Assembly: GCA_034670305.1 (NCBI GenBank)
Contig: JAXMNT010000001.1
Span: 64,001 to 128,000, forward strand
Reading direction: 5' to 3'
Source of the DNA: Deltaproteobacteria bacterium
Lineage (GTDB): Bacteria > Myxococcota_A > Polyangia > Polyangiales > Houyiibacteriaceae
Length of the DNA stretch: 64,000 nucleotides
Part shown: positions 36,727 through 46,497 of the stretch, in pieces
How positions within the stretch are numbered: position 1 is the stretch's first letter
How the letters are laid out: each line of letters begins with the position of its first letter
Program-made: the position numbers and the translations under genes
The notes under the pieces: generated by a model
What the model saw: only the letters and a program-made list of their open reading frames with translations
What the model was told of the DNA's origin: nothing
Databases searched by the model: none

Positions 36727-39422
36727 CAGAACCGGAACGCTCCGCTCACCACGAATCGGGTGTCCATGGGCTGACTCAAGGGGTGCTGCCGGACCTTCTG
36801 GAAGAGCAGGTTCGTGCCGGTGATGCCGATGTCCAGCCGGTCGTCGAAGAGCCGGACACCGACGCGCGCGTTGAGCAGCACGTAGCCGTCGAGGTCGAAC
36901 GCTTCGAACCGGACGCCCGTGCGCGCATCCGTGACCTGTTCGACCCAGACCTGGTCGCTCACGTAGTGAAGGTCGACGTTGAGGTCGAGACCGAAGGGTG
37001 CCCGGTACTGGACGCCCAAGTTGAACTTGTGGGCGCTCGTGCGCTGGTCCTGACCGCGGACCGGATCGTCCTGGAAGTCCGCGTCGTTCAGCGGTTCGGT
37101 CTGGTTGTAGGCGTAGTTCGCGTACAGATCGAGGCCCGTGACCGGGAATGCACGAATGCCGATCTCCCCACCGACTTGGTAGAAGGTCGCGTCCTCGTTG
37201 TTGAACTGGAGGTTGCCGACCGGGAACGCCTGCGCGCCTTCGTCGTAGCCACCTTCGCCGGTGCCGAAGTCGCCGAGGCGGAACGTGTCGACCGAGCTGA
37301 GCTGGATCTCGTCGAAGACGAGGTTGTAGTAGACGTTCGTTTCGAGCGCGAAGTAGTCGGTCGCCTGGTTGGCGTAGCCGAGCTCGATGCTCACGATGCG
37401 CTCCGGGTCGAGGTTCTGGTTGCCCTGGCCGATGGCGGTGACGGCGCGGATCGGGGTGCGGTTCTCGAAGTCCAGGTAGGACTCGACGAACGAAGGCGAG
37501 CGGAACGCGGTGCCGCCCGTGAGTCGAAGCGCGTGTCCATCGACCACGCGCCAGACGAGCGAACCACGCGGCGAGAACTGGATGCCGTCGAGGAGCGGAT
37601 GGCGGTCGATGCGGAAGCTGGCGGTCAGCCGGAGGCGTTCATGGAGCTGAACGGCGTCCTGCAGGTACGCGAAGTAGTGGTGCTCGGTCTGGTCGTCGTT
37701 GAGCCAGTTCCACTTCACGTCCTTGTAGCGGTGCCCGACGCCGACGGCGAAGTTGTGATCGACGCCGAGGTGGAACTGGCGGTTGAAACTCAGCTCGGTG
37801 TCGATGACGTCCTGGTCGACCTGCCCGGTGGTGTCGAGCGCGCCGGGCGGGCGCTCGAAGGTGTCCACGTCCACTTCGAAGTGGTTCCAGTACGACTTGA
37901 GCTGAAGTCCGAAGGGCGTCGTGAGCGAGGCGTGCGTCTGGGAGAAGAACAGGTCCCGCACCGCGGTCTGGCGAAGGCGGCTGATGCCCTGGATCGCACC
38001 GTCGCCGACCGTGACCGACGAGCCCGCGCGCACGACGTAGCCCTCGCCGAGGTTGAGCCGGGTCTCTCCTGAGAACCACGCGTTCTCCAAAGCCTGGTTC
38101 GGCCGATCGTAGATCTCGCTGATGCCGTAGTCGGCGCGGTCCGCGCCCACCAGGTTCACGAACATGTCCGTGCGGTTGTAGCCGGCGGATGCGCGGAACG
38201 AGAAGGGTCCCGCGCGGTGGCTCACCGAGGTCGCGGCGCGTCCGGTGCGCCGGTTGCCACCCGCACCCGTGAGGTACGATTCGCCTTCGCCAGGTGTGCG
38301 CAAGATGATGTTCACGATGCCGCTGAACGCGTCGGCGCCGTAGACGGCCGCGGCCGGTCCACGAATGACCTCGATCCGCTCCACGTCCTCGACCGCGAAC
38401 GGCAGCATCTGCACGTAGGGGGACGCGAGGAAGTCGAGACGGACCGTGCGGCCGTCCACCAAGAAGAGCACCTTGTTCGCCTGTCGCCGGTTGAGCCCGC
38501 GGATGCCGACGTCGGTGTGGCCGGGGTAGTGCGTCATCACGTCGACGCCCGCGACGCGCCGGAGCAGCTGCGAGATGTCGGTGATGCCGCTCAGGCGGAT
38601 GTCCTGGCGCGTGATGGTGTGGGTCGAGTTCGGTGCGTCGAGCGGTGACTCCGCGAATCGCGACGCCGAGACCACCTCTTCTTCGAAGACTTCGCGCCGT
38701 TCTTCGCCGAGCGCGAGCTGCGGCTCGGAACCTTCCCCCGTCTCGGTGCCTTCGCCTGTGCCTTCGCTCGTGCCTTCGCCTGTGCCTTCCCCAGTGCCCT
38801 CACCCGTCTCGGTGCCCTCACCCGTCCCGCTGCCTTCGGCTTGCGCGCGGGCTTCGGTGCGGGTTCGAAGGTTGGCGGCCAAGACGCGCAGTCGGCGGGC
38901 CCGCTCGCGAAGCGAATCGCTCTGGGTTGCTTCGGCCAGGGTCTCGATCTGGGTCGCCGACTCTTCGATCGCGAGAATCTCCTGAGTCGAGACGGAGCTC
39001 TCGGGCGGCGGTGGCTCCACCGGCGTCGGCGCCTCGGTGACCTGCGGCTCCCGTGCGGCGAGCCGCGACTGCAACGCATCGAGGAGCGACTGCACCTCCT
39101 CGCGGTCGGGCGGGTCCGACGCGAGGTACTGCTCGAAGTAGTCGACCGCCTCCTCGTACTGATCCGACTCCGCATACGCGCGGGCTATGTTGTAGAGCAC
39201 GTTCGGGTGCGGAAGGATCTCGTAGGCGACTTCGAGCTCGCGAATGCCCTCGGCCGTTTCCCCCCGTTGGATCAGATCCATGCCGTGGCGAAAGTGGCGG
39301 CGCGCTTCGGTGCGCACGTCGGCGAACGCGGTGCTGGCACCGAAGAGGGTGCCGAGCAGAAGCAGCGCAGCGCAGCCATGCGACCAGCGTGCGCGCCAAG
39401 GGTGGGGATCGGGAACTCTCAT
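36726..39422 (-). CDS. TonB-dependent receptor with N-terminal TPR domain (paralog)
   Basis: Same architecture; GEGT-repeat linker; ERIEVIRGPAAAVYGADA; C-terminal FRF. Confidence 0.92.
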   Translation of the reverse strand: MRVPDPHPWRARWSHGCAALLLLGTLFGASTAFADVRTEARRHFRHGMDLIQRGETAEGIRELEVAYEILPHPNVLYNIARAYAESDQYEEAVDYFEQYLASDPPDREEVQSLLDALQSRLAAREPQVTEAPTPVEPPPPESSVSTQEILAIEESATQIETLAEATQSDSLRERARRLRVLAANLRTRTEARAQAEGSGTGEGTETGEGTGEGTGEGTSEGTGEGTETGEGSEPQLALGEERREVFEEEVVSASRFAESPLDAPNSTHTITRQDIRLSGITDISQLLRRVAGVDVMTHYPGHTDVGIRGLNRRQANKVLFLVDGRTVRLDFLASPYVQMLPFAVEDVERIEVIRGPAAAVYGADAFSGIVNIILRTPGEGESYLTGAGGNRRTGRAATSVSHRAGPFSFRASAGYNRTDMFVNLVGADRADYGISEIYDRPNQALENAWFSGETRLNLGEGYVVRAGSSVTVGDGAIQGISRLRQTAVRDLFFSQTHASLTTPFGLQLKSYWNHFEVDVDTFERPPGALDTTGQVDQDVIDTELSFNRQFHLGVDHNFAVGVGHRYKDVKWNWLNDDQTEHHYFAYLQDAVQLHERLRLTASFRIDRHPLLDGIQFSPRGSLVWRVVDGHALRLTGGTAFRSPSFVESYLDFENRTPIRAVTAIGQGNQNLDPERIVSIELGYANQATDYFALETNVYYNLVFDEIQLSSVDTFRLGDFGTGEGGYDEGAQAFPVGNLQFNNEDATFYQVGGEIGIRAFPVTGLDLYANYAYNQTEPLNDADFQDDPVRGQDQRTSAHKFNLGVQYRAPFGLDLNVDLHYVSDQVWVEQVTDARTGVRFEAFDLDGYVLLNARVGVRLFDDRLDIGITGTNLLFQKVRQHPLSQPMDTRFVVSGAFRF

Positions 39423-41107
39423 CAGTACGGCTCTGCCTTGTATCCCTTGATGCCGACGGAAGCACCTCCGGACATCATCGTCACCATGCCCATGGGCGTT
39501 CGCGGCCGCGGCGGACGTCGGATCATGACCGAGGGTTCGGGGGTGGCTTCATCCAGCTCCGCGGTCACCGCGAGCGCGTCGGTGATGATGGTGCGGGTGA
39601 CCGTGAAGTCCCGATGTCCTTCCAGCTGGAACTGGAAGGTGATCTCACGGCCCGGTGCAGCGTCCGCGCCCGTCCACTCCACGTCGGCGGGCGTGGGCCC
39701 ATAGGTTCGTTCGCCGACCTGGACGAGCGCGCCCGACGGCTCGGAGCGAAGCGAGACGAGCACCCGCGCCACCGCGGGCTCCACCGGGCCCGGATCTTGG
39801 ATCGGATCTTGGGTCGGGTTCTGGCCGACCTCCTGGCCCGTTGCCGGCGGCACCGTGGCGATGGGCGGAGATGGACTGCGCAGCGCGATGTATCCCCCGA
39901 TGAGTCCCGCCACGAGGAGCGCGCCGCCGATGAACAGAAGCGCCCGACCTCTCTGAGAGGTGTCTTCGGGTTCGCCGAGCCGGTGATCGGGGAACGAGAT
40001 CGGCGGCGCCATGGCGTCGGAGGACGAGGGGCTCGAGGCGGGCGCACCCGTCGGCAACCCGAGCTGTGGTGTGCCGGTGACCTCGACGCTTCCAAAGCTG
40101 CCGGTGGAGCCGCCGCCGAGGGCGAACTCGCGGCTCAACGCGCTCTCCCCACTGCGGGAGACGCCGAGTCCGGTCTCGGCCGCGGTGTGCTTCAGCTCGA
40201 CCAGGAACGCGTCCATCGTGTCGAAGCGTTCCGCGGGATCCTTCGCCATCGCTTTGAGCACGACCTGCTCGAGGCGGGGATCGAAGATGGCGCCCGGTGC
40301 GGTCTCCGCCATCGTCGGAGGCTGCTCGTGCACGTGCGCCATGAGGATGTTGACCGAGTTGGGCCGGTCGAACGGCACCTTGCCGGTGAGCATCTGATAC
40401 AGGATCACGCCAAGCGCGTAGATGTCGCATCGGTGGTCGACGTGTTCGCCCCGAATCTGTTCGGGCGACATGTACTTGGGCGACCCCATGAACAGACCGG
40501 TCTGGGTCAGGTCTTCGCTCTTCTCGGCGAGGTCCTTCACCAGCCCGAAATCGAGCACTTTGACAAAGTCTTGTTCGTCGCCGTGTTTGACCAGAAAGAT
40601 GTTCGCTGGCTTCAGGTCGCGGTGAACCACGCCGAGCGCATGTGCTTCGCGCAGCGAGCGGCACATCTGGCGGGCGATGTGCATCGCGCGGTCGGGTTCC
40701 AGCCGTCCGTTCTCACGGAGGGCGCGGTGGAGCGTCTTGCCCTCGAGCAGCTCCATCGCGATGTAGTAGACGTCGTCGTCGGTCCGGCCGTAGTCGAAGA
40801 TCGTGACGGTGTTCGGGTGCGTGAGCTTCGCGCAGATCGACGCTTCCAGGAAAAAGCGTTTGTGGAACTCGGGGTCTTGGTCCCCGTGGTAGTTCGGGTT
40901 GAGGATCTTCAGCGCGACCTCACGGCCGAGCGGCGCCTGTTCGGCGCGGTAGACCTTGCCCATCCCCCCACGCGCGATGAGACCCGTGATGCGGAACCGG
41001 TCGTTGATCACCCGTCCGATGAGCGGATCGGGACCGCCCCGCTTCGGCGGATCTTTCACCGGTTGTTCGGGCGCAGGTGCCCCGTCCGCGTTGCTCGTCT
41101 CCACCAC
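39422..41107 (-). CDS. Membrane Ser/Thr protein kinase with PEGA-like domain
   Basis: ARGGMG, VALK, HRDLKPAN, DFG, GSPKYMSPEQ; TM; LRSEPSGALVQVG...GPTP. Start uncertain (GTG 41104-41119). Confidence 0.93.
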   Translation of the reverse strand: MVETSNADGAPAPEQPVKDPPKRGGPDPLIGRVINDRFRITGLIARGGMGKVYRAEQAPLGREVALKILNPNYHGDQDPEFHKRFFLEASICAKLTHPNTVTIFDYGRTDDDVYYIAMELLEGKTLHRALRENGRLEPDRAMHIARQMCRSLREAHALGVVHRDLKPANIFLVKHGDEQDFVKVLDFGLVKDLAEKSEDLTQTGLFMGSPKYMSPEQIRGEHVDHRCDIYALGVILYQMLTGKVPFDRPNSVNILMAHVHEQPPTMAETAPGAIFDPRLEQVVLKAMAKDPAERFDTMDAFLVELKHTAAETGLGVSRSGESALSREFALGGGSTGSFGSVEVTGTPQLGLPTGAPASSPSSSDAMAPPISFPDHRLGEPEDTSQRGRALLFIGGALLVAGLIGGYIALRSPSPPIATVPPATGQEVGQNPTQDPIQDPGPVEPAVARVLVSLRSEPSGALVQVGERTYGPTPADVEWTGADAAPGREITFQFQLEGHRDFTVTRTIITDALAVTAELDEATPEPSVMIRRPPRPRTPMGMVTMMSGGASVGIKGYKAEPY

Positions 41108-41219
41108 CCTCGACACCACCGTGTAGGGAGGGTCCCGACCCCCGGGGACCCAGCCTTCTTTCCAGTACCGGAGGATATCTGAGATCTGCCGACCGCGTCG
41201 AGCTTGTGGGCCGGCGGGG

Positions 41220-43370
41220 ATGCCGTACCCTCGGCGCATGCGCGCTTGGTGGAGGTCGTCCGGGGCACAAACCGCCACAGCTTGGGTGATCGGGGCCCTG
41301 AGCGTGCTGACTGTGGCGTTGTCGTTGCCGAGTCCCGGTGCCGCGCAACCCTCGTGGCTTGCGCGCACCCGCCTCGCGGAGCTGCGTTCTGAGCTGCAGT
41401 CGTCGTCGCTTGTGCTGCGGGAGCGCGCGGCCCGCCGGTTGGCGACCGAAGGCAGCGACGCGGGGGCGCGCCGTGTCTTGCTCGACGCGCTCACCCTCGA
41501 GCGTTCTTCCCGGGTACGCGTCGCGATCGCGCGGGCGCTCTCGTGGCGGGCCCACCCATCGATCGCGATGGGACTCATCGAAGCCCTCGACGCGTCGGGC
41601 GGGGCGGATGCCCGAGACCTGGCCCTGGCGCTCGCGACCGTCGACACGCCGGCGTCGCGCATCGCACTCGTCGATGCGCTCGGCCGCGACGACCTGCAAG
41701 CGGCGGCCCACGAGGCGCTGCTCGTCCTCGGGCCTTCGGTTGCACCGACCCTGGCCGGTCGATTGAGAGAAGACCCGACCCACATTCCCGCCATCGCGCT
41801 GCTCGGGGCGATGCGAGACGTCGGTTCGGTGCCTCTGCTGGATCGATTGGCCGCGTCGCCGGCGGTGCCGGTGCGCCGCGCTGCGCTCACTGCCCTCGCC
41901 GCCATCGGGGATGTCCGCGCGCGCCCCACCTTCCTTGCGCACGTCGACGATCCGGACGCGAGCATCGCGCTCGTCGCCACCGACGCGTTGCTCGGGCTCG
42001 CGACGGCGGCGGATGTGCCGAGGCTCGAGACCTGGTTGCCGGACGCGGTCGATGTTCGCCGCCGCCGGGTGCTCGAAGCGCTGCTTCATGCGGATGCGAC
42101 ACGCGCCGCGGCGATCCTGGCGGCCGAGGTGGGCTCCGCGGATCCCGACCGGGTGCTGATCGCGGGTGGAGTGGCCATCGACCACCCGCAGGTCGCGCTG
42201 TTGCCGGTGCTCTATGGCCTCTACGAAGAAGGCACCCGCCGCGCGGAAGCCGCTTCGGCGTTGGCGGAAGTCGACGGAGGCGCGGGCATCGGGGTGCTGC
42301 TGCGGGAGACGGTGCAGGCCGAAGACGGGTCCGAACATGCCCGCCGCGGCCTCGCGGTGGCGCTGCGCCGTTGGGGGGAACGTCTCAGTGTGCGCGTCCG
42401 GCGCCAGAGCATCGCGGCGTTGCAGGCGGGGGCGCTCGACGGACCGGCCGCCGCCCAGACGGTGACACTGCGCGCGCTCGCCCGAGATCGCAGTGTCCTG
42501 CCGCGGATCCGGGAGAACCTGGCCGCGGACGATCCCTCCGCGCGGGGATGGGCGGCTCAAGCCGCGGGCCTGCTTGGCGACGAGGACGTCGTGGACACGC
42601 TCGTCGAGGCGCTCGTCGAGGAAGCGGATCCGTCCGCCTTCCGTCAGATGGCGCTCGCCCTCTCCACCCTGCCCACCTCGGCCACCTCTGCCCACGCCCA
42701 TCGACTCTGGGCCGCTGCCTTGCCGGCATTCGCGGATCCCAGCCGCGTGGCGGAAGTGGCCCTGCTGGCTGCGAGTCTCGAGTTGGACGCGAGGGATCGG
42801 CGGCGCCGCGGGGTGCTGCTGCGCCGGCTTCTTCGACATGCGAGCGAGCGGGTTCGGTCCTCGGCGGCGTGGGCGCTTGGTCGGGCGGGGGAGACCAGCG
42901 CGTGGCGGGCGCTGCTCGATCGCGTCGACGTGGACGACTCGCTCACGGTGCGCCGCGCGGCTGCACGTGCGCTCGCGGTGTTGCGCAGCGGCGTGGTCCA
43001 GCACACCGTCGACGCCACGGCCGAAGGCTCGGAGAGCGGCACCGCCGCACGCCTCGCGCCCTTTGCGGACGACGATCCGAATGCGGAATGGGTGACGGAG
43101 ACCATCGACCGCCGTGGGCGCGGGGAGCGGGACGACACCGTCCGTGGGTTCATCCGGCGCGCCGGGCGCGGCATCCACACCCCAGCGGTCCTGGGAGGCG
43201 CGGAGGTGCTTCGCCTGCGGGTGGTGTCGGCGGCCGCGGCGGGTGGGGTCGAGATCGAGGTCCAGCACGCGGACGGCCGATGGGTTCGGACCCAGACCCT
43301 CCCGACCGGGGAGTACTTCCTGGCCGACCTACCGTCGCAGACGCTGGATGTCCGCGTGGTCGTGCAGTGA
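41220..43370 (+). CDS. HEAT-repeat protein, probably exported
   Basis: Repeated VRxAAxxAL motifs; N-terminal hydrophobic signal; small C-terminal beta domain. Confidence 0.8.
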   Translation: MPYPRRMRAWWRSSGAQTATAWVIGALSVLTVALSLPSPGAAQPSWLARTRLAELRSELQSSSLVLRERAARRLATEGSDAGARRVLLDALTLERSSRVRVAIARALSWRAHPSIAMGLIEALDASGGADARDLALALATVDTPASRIALVDALGRDDLQAAAHEALLVLGPSVAPTLAGRLREDPTHIPAIALLGAMRDVGSVPLLDRLAASPAVPVRRAALTALAAIGDVRARPTFLAHVDDPDASIALVATDALLGLATAADVPRLETWLPDAVDVRRRRVLEALLHADATRAAAILAAEVGSADPDRVLIAGGVAIDHPQVALLPVLYGLYEEGTRRAEAASALAEVDGGAGIGVLLRETVQAEDGSEHARRGLAVALRRWGERLSVRVRRQSIAALQAGALDGPAAAQTVTLRALARDRSVLPRIRENLAADDPSARGWAAQAAGLLGDEDVVDTLVEALVEEADPSAFRQMALALSTLPTSATSAHAHRLWAAALPAFADPSRVAEVALLAASLELDARDRRRRGVLLRRLLRHASERVRSSAAWALGRAGETSAWRALLDRVDVDDSLTVRRAAARALAVLRSGVVQHTVDATAEGSESGTAARLAPFADDDPNAEWVTETIDRRGRGERDDTVRGFIRRAGRGIHTPAVLGGAEVLRLRVVSAAAAGGVEIEVQHADGRWVRTQTLPTGEYFLADLPSQTLDVRVVVQ

Positions 43371-43858
43371 CGAGAGGTCTGCTCCTCGCGACATCGCTGG
43401 TCCTTGGCTGCGCTGCGCCGCTCGGATCCTACGGAGACTGGACGCGGGTGGGGTCGGAGGATGGTCGACTCGCGGTGCACCTGCCGACGCCGCCTTGGCA
43501 GCCGGTGGATGGGCCGGCGGATGAGCTGCGGCTGGAGATCCCGTTCGTGCGGGCCATGCGCCCGCCCACCTACGCCCTCCGGGTTCGGTTTCAGGGGGGC
43601 GACGCCCGCGCCCGAGCCGACCGAGACGCGGCCGCGGCCGGCGCAGACGACGAGCTCTTCGGACCTCGGCCGATCGAGACCGACGAGGGCCTCTCCGGCT
43701 TCGAGACCGTGGTGATCGACGACGACTTCCGTTCCACCCGCACGGCCCACTTCGATGCGCCGACCGGTGTGGTGACGGTCGTCGTCGAGGCCAACCCTCG
43801 GTTGGAGGACGACCCCGAGGTCGACGCGTTGATCCGAACGCTCGAGGTGCTCGAGTGA
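43367..43858 (+). CDS. Hypothetical lipoprotein
   Basis: GTGA overlap with the previous gene; lipobox VLGC. Confidence 0.7.
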   Translation: MTRGLLLATSLVLGCAAPLGSYGDWTRVGSEDGRLAVHLPTPPWQPVDGPADELRLEIPFVRAMRPPTYALRVRFQGGDARARADRDAAAAGADDELFGPRPIETDEGLSGFETVVIDDDFRSTRTAHFDAPTGVVTVVVEANPRLEDDPEVDALIRTLEVLE

Positions 43859-44499
43859 TCGCGGCTCGGTTCGGGACCTGTGTGGGGTTCTTGATCCTGT
43901 GCGGCACCGTCGCAGCGCAGCCCCCCACTTCGGAGAACGCGGCCGGGCTCGCAGCGCCCCAGCCAGGCGTTCACCGACCGGTCACGTTTGCTCCGACCTC
44001 GCAGGCCGCACCGACCCCCACCACACCCCCAACCACGGAGGTCGCGACGTGGACCGGCCCACGGGTCCAGCTGGGGTATGGCCGCCTCCGTCTGAAAGAC
44101 GGGTTCGGGGAGGGGCAGACCCACCTCGGTACGTTCTCGGGATTCGCACCGACCGGCCGGGTCCGCGTCGCGGGCACCGGGGTGCTCGGATCGCGCGTGT
44201 ACGCACTCGGTCAGAACGATTTCGTGCTCGGGGTGCTGGCCCATGCGGGCTACCAGCACCTGTCGGACTTCGATCGTTTGGTCCCGTACGTCACGTTCGA
44301 CATCGGCGGTGGGGCCAGCATCGGCAAACGGTTTCGGGAGACCCAATCCCACGGTTGGCTGCTTTTCGGCCTCACCGCGGGTGTCGAGGTTCGGCTTTCG
44401 CGGGGTCTGCACCTGGGGATCGGGTTCGGATACGCCCGGGTTCGGCTCGACGGGGTGGGCCACCACACCGCATCGCTCGATCTGCACGTTGGCTTGTGA
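43855..44499 (+). CDS. Small outer-membrane beta-barrel-like protein
   Basis: Signal peptide, alternating amphipathic strands (LVPYVTFDIGGG, LTAGVEVRL, LDLHVGL). Confidence 0.7.
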   Translation: MIAARFGTCVGFLILCGTVAAQPPTSENAAGLAAPQPGVHRPVTFAPTSQAAPTPTTPPTTEVATWTGPRVQLGYGRLRLKDGFGEGQTHLGTFSGFAPTGRVRVAGTGVLGSRVYALGQNDFVLGVLAHAGYQHLSDFDRLVPYVTFDIGGGASIGKRFRETQSHGWLLFGLTAGVEVRLSRGLHLGIGFGYARVRLDGVGHHTASLDLHVGL

Positions 44500-44595
44500 C
44501 GCACTCCACCGTTGACCTGATCCCCCGTGGTGCGGCACTGTCACGCCTTCGGCGACCTCGGCTTTCGAAGTTGCCCCCCATGAGAAGAATCCGTC

Positions 44596-44841
44596 GTGAC
44601 GAGCGACTCCAACACCGAACTCGACGCCTTGTCCTTTGAACAAGTCGTCGGCCGCCTGGAAGAGGTGGTTCAGCGTCTTGAAGAGGGGGAACTCCCTCTT
44701 GAGGAATCGCTGCGCCATTTCGAAGAAGGCGTGCGCCTCGCCCGTACCGGCTCGCAGCGTCTCGACGCCGCGGAAGCCCGGGTCGAGCAGCTCCTGGTGT
44801 CCCGGGACGAACTCGTGACCAAGCCTCTGAGCGACGGATGA
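44596..44841 (+). CDS. xseB: Exodeoxyribonuclease VII small subunit
   Basis: SFEQVVGRLEEVVQRLEEGELPLEESLRHFEEGVRL...LDAAEARVEQL. Confidence 0.93.
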   Translation: MTSDSNTELDALSFEQVVGRLEEVVQRLEEGELPLEESLRHFEEGVRLARTGSQRLDAAEARVEQLLVSRDELVTKPLSDG

Positions 44842-44860
44842 GGAGGAGCCGGGTACCCCG

Positions 44861-46300
44861 ATGACCGCTGTGCTGACCGTGCCCACCCACTTCGGCGATC
44901 TGTCGGAGCTGTCCCAGGGACTCGTCGACCGAGTCGATGAGGAACGCATCATTCTGTACGGACCCGATCCGTACGACGAAGGATCGACGGTCGGCTTCGC
45001 CGTGCTGCTGGTCGACGGAACCACGGCGCTCGAAGGCCTTGGCCGTGTGGCCGCGGCGGTGGATGGCGGCGAAGCCCGCGCGCCCGAGACGCGGTGGGAC
45101 ATCGTGTTCGACTCCCTTCAACTCGAAGGGCGTTCGGAAGTCGTCTACGAGCGCATCGTGCTGGCCCGGCAGTCGCTGACCGGTGGCGACCCCGCCACGG
45201 GTGAAGTCTCGCTGGACGAACTCCAAGCCCAGACCGCCGCCGAAGAGGCCGCGGCAGCAGCTGCTGCTGAAGAAGCCACGGCGGACGCTGGTCCCGAAGC
45301 CGAAGGCGCCGCCTTCGACGAACACGCGTTCGAGGAACACACCGCCATCGCGGCTGCGGGCTACGAAGCAGACGCCTACGATGAGGCCGCCGCTGCCGAT
45401 TCGATTCCTCCGGAATCGATCCCGCCCGAGGCGAGCTTCGAAGCACAGGACGACGAGATCGCCGTCGAAGCCGAGGGCACCTTCGATTCGATCCCGCCCG
45501 GCGCTTCGGCCGATGGCACCGTCGACGAATCGTTTGGTGTGGAAGCCGACGTCGATCTCGACGCGGGGTTCGAAGCGCCGATCGAAGAAGCCGCGGAGTT
45601 CGACGCGGACATCGCCGACGACGTCGCCGACGTCGCGGAGGACTGGGACGACCCCGAGGAGCCGTTTCAAGAAGGCGCGACGATGGTCGCGAGCATCGAG
45701 GACATCGAGGCGCCCCCGGGCGCGCCGGCACCTCAGCTTCCCGACGCACCGGCGGGCTTTCAACTGCAGCCGACCGATGGCGTGCTGACCCGCCCGATGC
45801 ATCCGCCCGCTTGGTGGCCCGAAGCGTCCCCCAAACCGGAGCCGCTGCCGAGCACGGGCTACTTCGCGTACGAAGGCGGACTGCCGGTTCCGGCCGAGCC
45901 TCCCCGGCCCGACCTGGATCCCTCGCTGCGCGTCTCTCCCGCGCCGCGGCCCCAAGAGGGCCAGGACGCGCACGCCGCAGACCCGCCTGCGGCCCAAGCC
46001 CATCAGCCGCAGGACGATGCCGGCTACGACGATGCGCCGGCGTTCGAGGAGGCCCCCGAGTTCGAGGAAGACCTCGACGTCGAGGCCGACTCGTTCGAGG
46101 ACGCGCCAGAGGCCGGAGGCGAGGAATCGCCCGAGACGGTGGAAGCGCAACTCGATGACTTCATCGAGGACGGAGCCGAAGGCGAAGTCGAAGTCGGCTT
46201 CGACGACGGCGAAGAACCTGCGTTCGAAGACTTCGACGCCGAGACCCGCCAGGTCGACATGCCCGAAGGCGGCGAGCTCCCGGACCCCGAGACGCTCTAG
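44861..46300 (+). CDS. Degenerate PilZ-like (TIGR02266-like) N-terminal domain plus long acidic disordered tail
   Basis: GAGGAG RBS; GSTVGFAVLLVDG..LEGLGRV beta pattern; D/E/A-rich remainder. Confidence 0.65.
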   Translation: MTAVLTVPTHFGDLSELSQGLVDRVDEERIILYGPDPYDEGSTVGFAVLLVDGTTALEGLGRVAAAVDGGEARAPETRWDIVFDSLQLEGRSEVVYERIVLARQSLTGGDPATGEVSLDELQAQTAAEEAAAAAAAEEATADAGPEAEGAAFDEHAFEEHTAIAAAGYEADAYDEAAAADSIPPESIPPEASFEAQDDEIAVEAEGTFDSIPPGASADGTVDESFGVEADVDLDAGFEAPIEEAAEFDADIADDVADVAEDWDDPEEPFQEGATMVASIEDIEAPPGAPAPQLPDAPAGFQLQPTDGVLTRPMHPPAWWPEASPKPEPLPSTGYFAYEGGLPVPAEPPRPDLDPSLRVSPAPRPQEGQDAHAADPPAAQAHQPQDDAGYDDAPAFEEAPEFEEDLDVEADSFEDAPEAGGEESPETVEAQLDDFIEDGAEGEVEVGFDDGEEPAFEDFDAETRQVDMPEGGELPDPETL

Positions 46301-46437
46301 CAGGTCGCGAAAGCGACCTGCCCCTTGCCCCTGCCCTTGCCCCTGCCCTTGCCCTGAGTGCAGGCGAGGAGCAAACGAGCGACCTTGCCCTTGCCCCTGC
46401 CCTTGCCCTGTGCAGGCGGCGCAAACGAGCGACGCCA
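46297..46437 (+). mobile_element. Copy 3 (left end only) of CTAG-hairpin/hexamer element
   Basis: CTAGCAGGTCGC-GAAA-GCGACCTGC + (CCCYTG)n, followed by a duplicated (CCCYTG)n-GTGCAGGCG..GCAAACGAGCGAC unit. Confidence 0.7.
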
Positions 46438-46497
46438 TACTGCGAAGCAGCTGGCCCATCTGCACTGCGCAACTCCCATAGCCAGCTGCCCCCTGGA

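Noticed and set aside
34093-36774. Very long antisense ORFs (also 50919-53813, 20558-22714, 46567-49104 and others)
   Set aside because: Shadow ORFs expected opposite real genes in high-GC DNA; no recognisable motifs.
38731-38840. GEGT 12-bp repeats in the receptor linker; Pro/Thr/Ala repeats at the TatT C-terminus; poly-Glu/Asp at the OmpA N-terminus
   Set aside because: Typical myxobacterial low-complexity linkers.
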